Assembly: GCF_001194135.2 (NCBI RefSeq)
Contig: NC_068981.1
Coordinates: 36,130,570-36,164,485, forward strand
Origin: Octopus bimaculoides
Taxonomy: Eukaryota
Length of the DNA stretch: 33,916 nt
Direction: 5' to 3'
Shown here: positions 33,536-33,916 of the stretch, piece after piece
How positions within the stretch are numbered: the stretch's first letter is position 1
Layout of the letters: the number at the start of each line of letters is the position of its first letter
The notes under the pieces: generated by a model
What the model was told of the DNA's origin: nothing
The model's input: the letters and a program-made list of their open reading frames with translations, nothing else
Database searches by the model: none
Made by a program: the position numbers and the translations under genes

Positions 33536-33916
33536 GATGCTCAAAATACCTGGCAGTGTTGGCTGATGCTCAAAATATCTGGCAGTGTTGGCTACAGCCT
33601 AGTCACCCGTATTACGAACCAGGTGATACACGAAGGAGTCATACCCAATGACTAGTGTAGCAGCACCATAGTAAACTGCTACAAAGGTAAAGGTGACGCT
33701 TTAGATACTAATAATTACAGAGGCATCAAGCTGTTAGATCAGGTTATGAAAGTTACGGAGAGGGTCATAGCCCAACTAATTAGGGAGCGAATCAATTTAG
33801 ATGAGATGCAGTTTGGGTTCGTGCCAGGTAAAAGCACCACTGATGCCATATTTCTAGTGAGACAGCTGCAGGAGAAATATCTGGCCAAGGATAAACCTCT
33901 GTACCTGGCCTTCGTT
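33536..33916 (+). mobile_element. 5'-truncated RTE LINE, N-terminal RT region (runs off the window)
   Basis: From 33566: MLKISGSVGYSLVTRITNQVIHEGVIPND*CSSTIVNCYKGKGDALDTNNYRGIKLLDQVMKVTERVIAQLIRERINLDEMQFGFVPGKSTTDAIFLVRQLQEKYLAKDKPLYLAFV. Contains the KGKGD...NYRGI.LL and QFGF.PGKST.DAIF RT motifs; one TAG at 33653-33655 in place of the usual Trp. Confidence 0.95.

Overview
AT-rich, microsatellite-dense animal genomic DNA from a draft assembly (N gaps at 879-978, 4650-5107, 6345-6354, 25148-25206, 30696-30822). Its SINE/LINE/microsatellite make-up most resembles an octopus (coleoid cephalopod); this is inference from repeat content, not a database result. Almost all ORFs in the supplied track are microsatellite or antisense artefacts. 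The window looks like mostly intron sequence of a multi-exon gene on the minus strand. Seven phase-compatible GT-AG exons between 22949 and 14835 (one a speculative 16-nt microexon) splice into a stop-free 232-codon stretch that I cannot assign to a family, and weaker exon candidates lie on both sides. The rest is a graveyard of retroelements: RTE-clade LINE fragments, three R4/Dong-clade (RT + CCHC + restriction-like endonuclease) remnants, a Gypsy protease relic and three tRNA-headed SINE families. The most unusual observations are: an intact C4HC3 PHD finger in frame inside an RTE reverse transcriptase; an array of 6-bp/8-nt-loop hairpins in the RTE 3' UTR; a 62-bp fold-back whose four non-Watson-Crick pairs are all G.U; a chimeric R4/Dong element with a duplicated endonuclease start; and a head-to-tail train of SINEs seeded on (TTA)n. 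No rRNA, tRNA gene or CRISPR array is supported.
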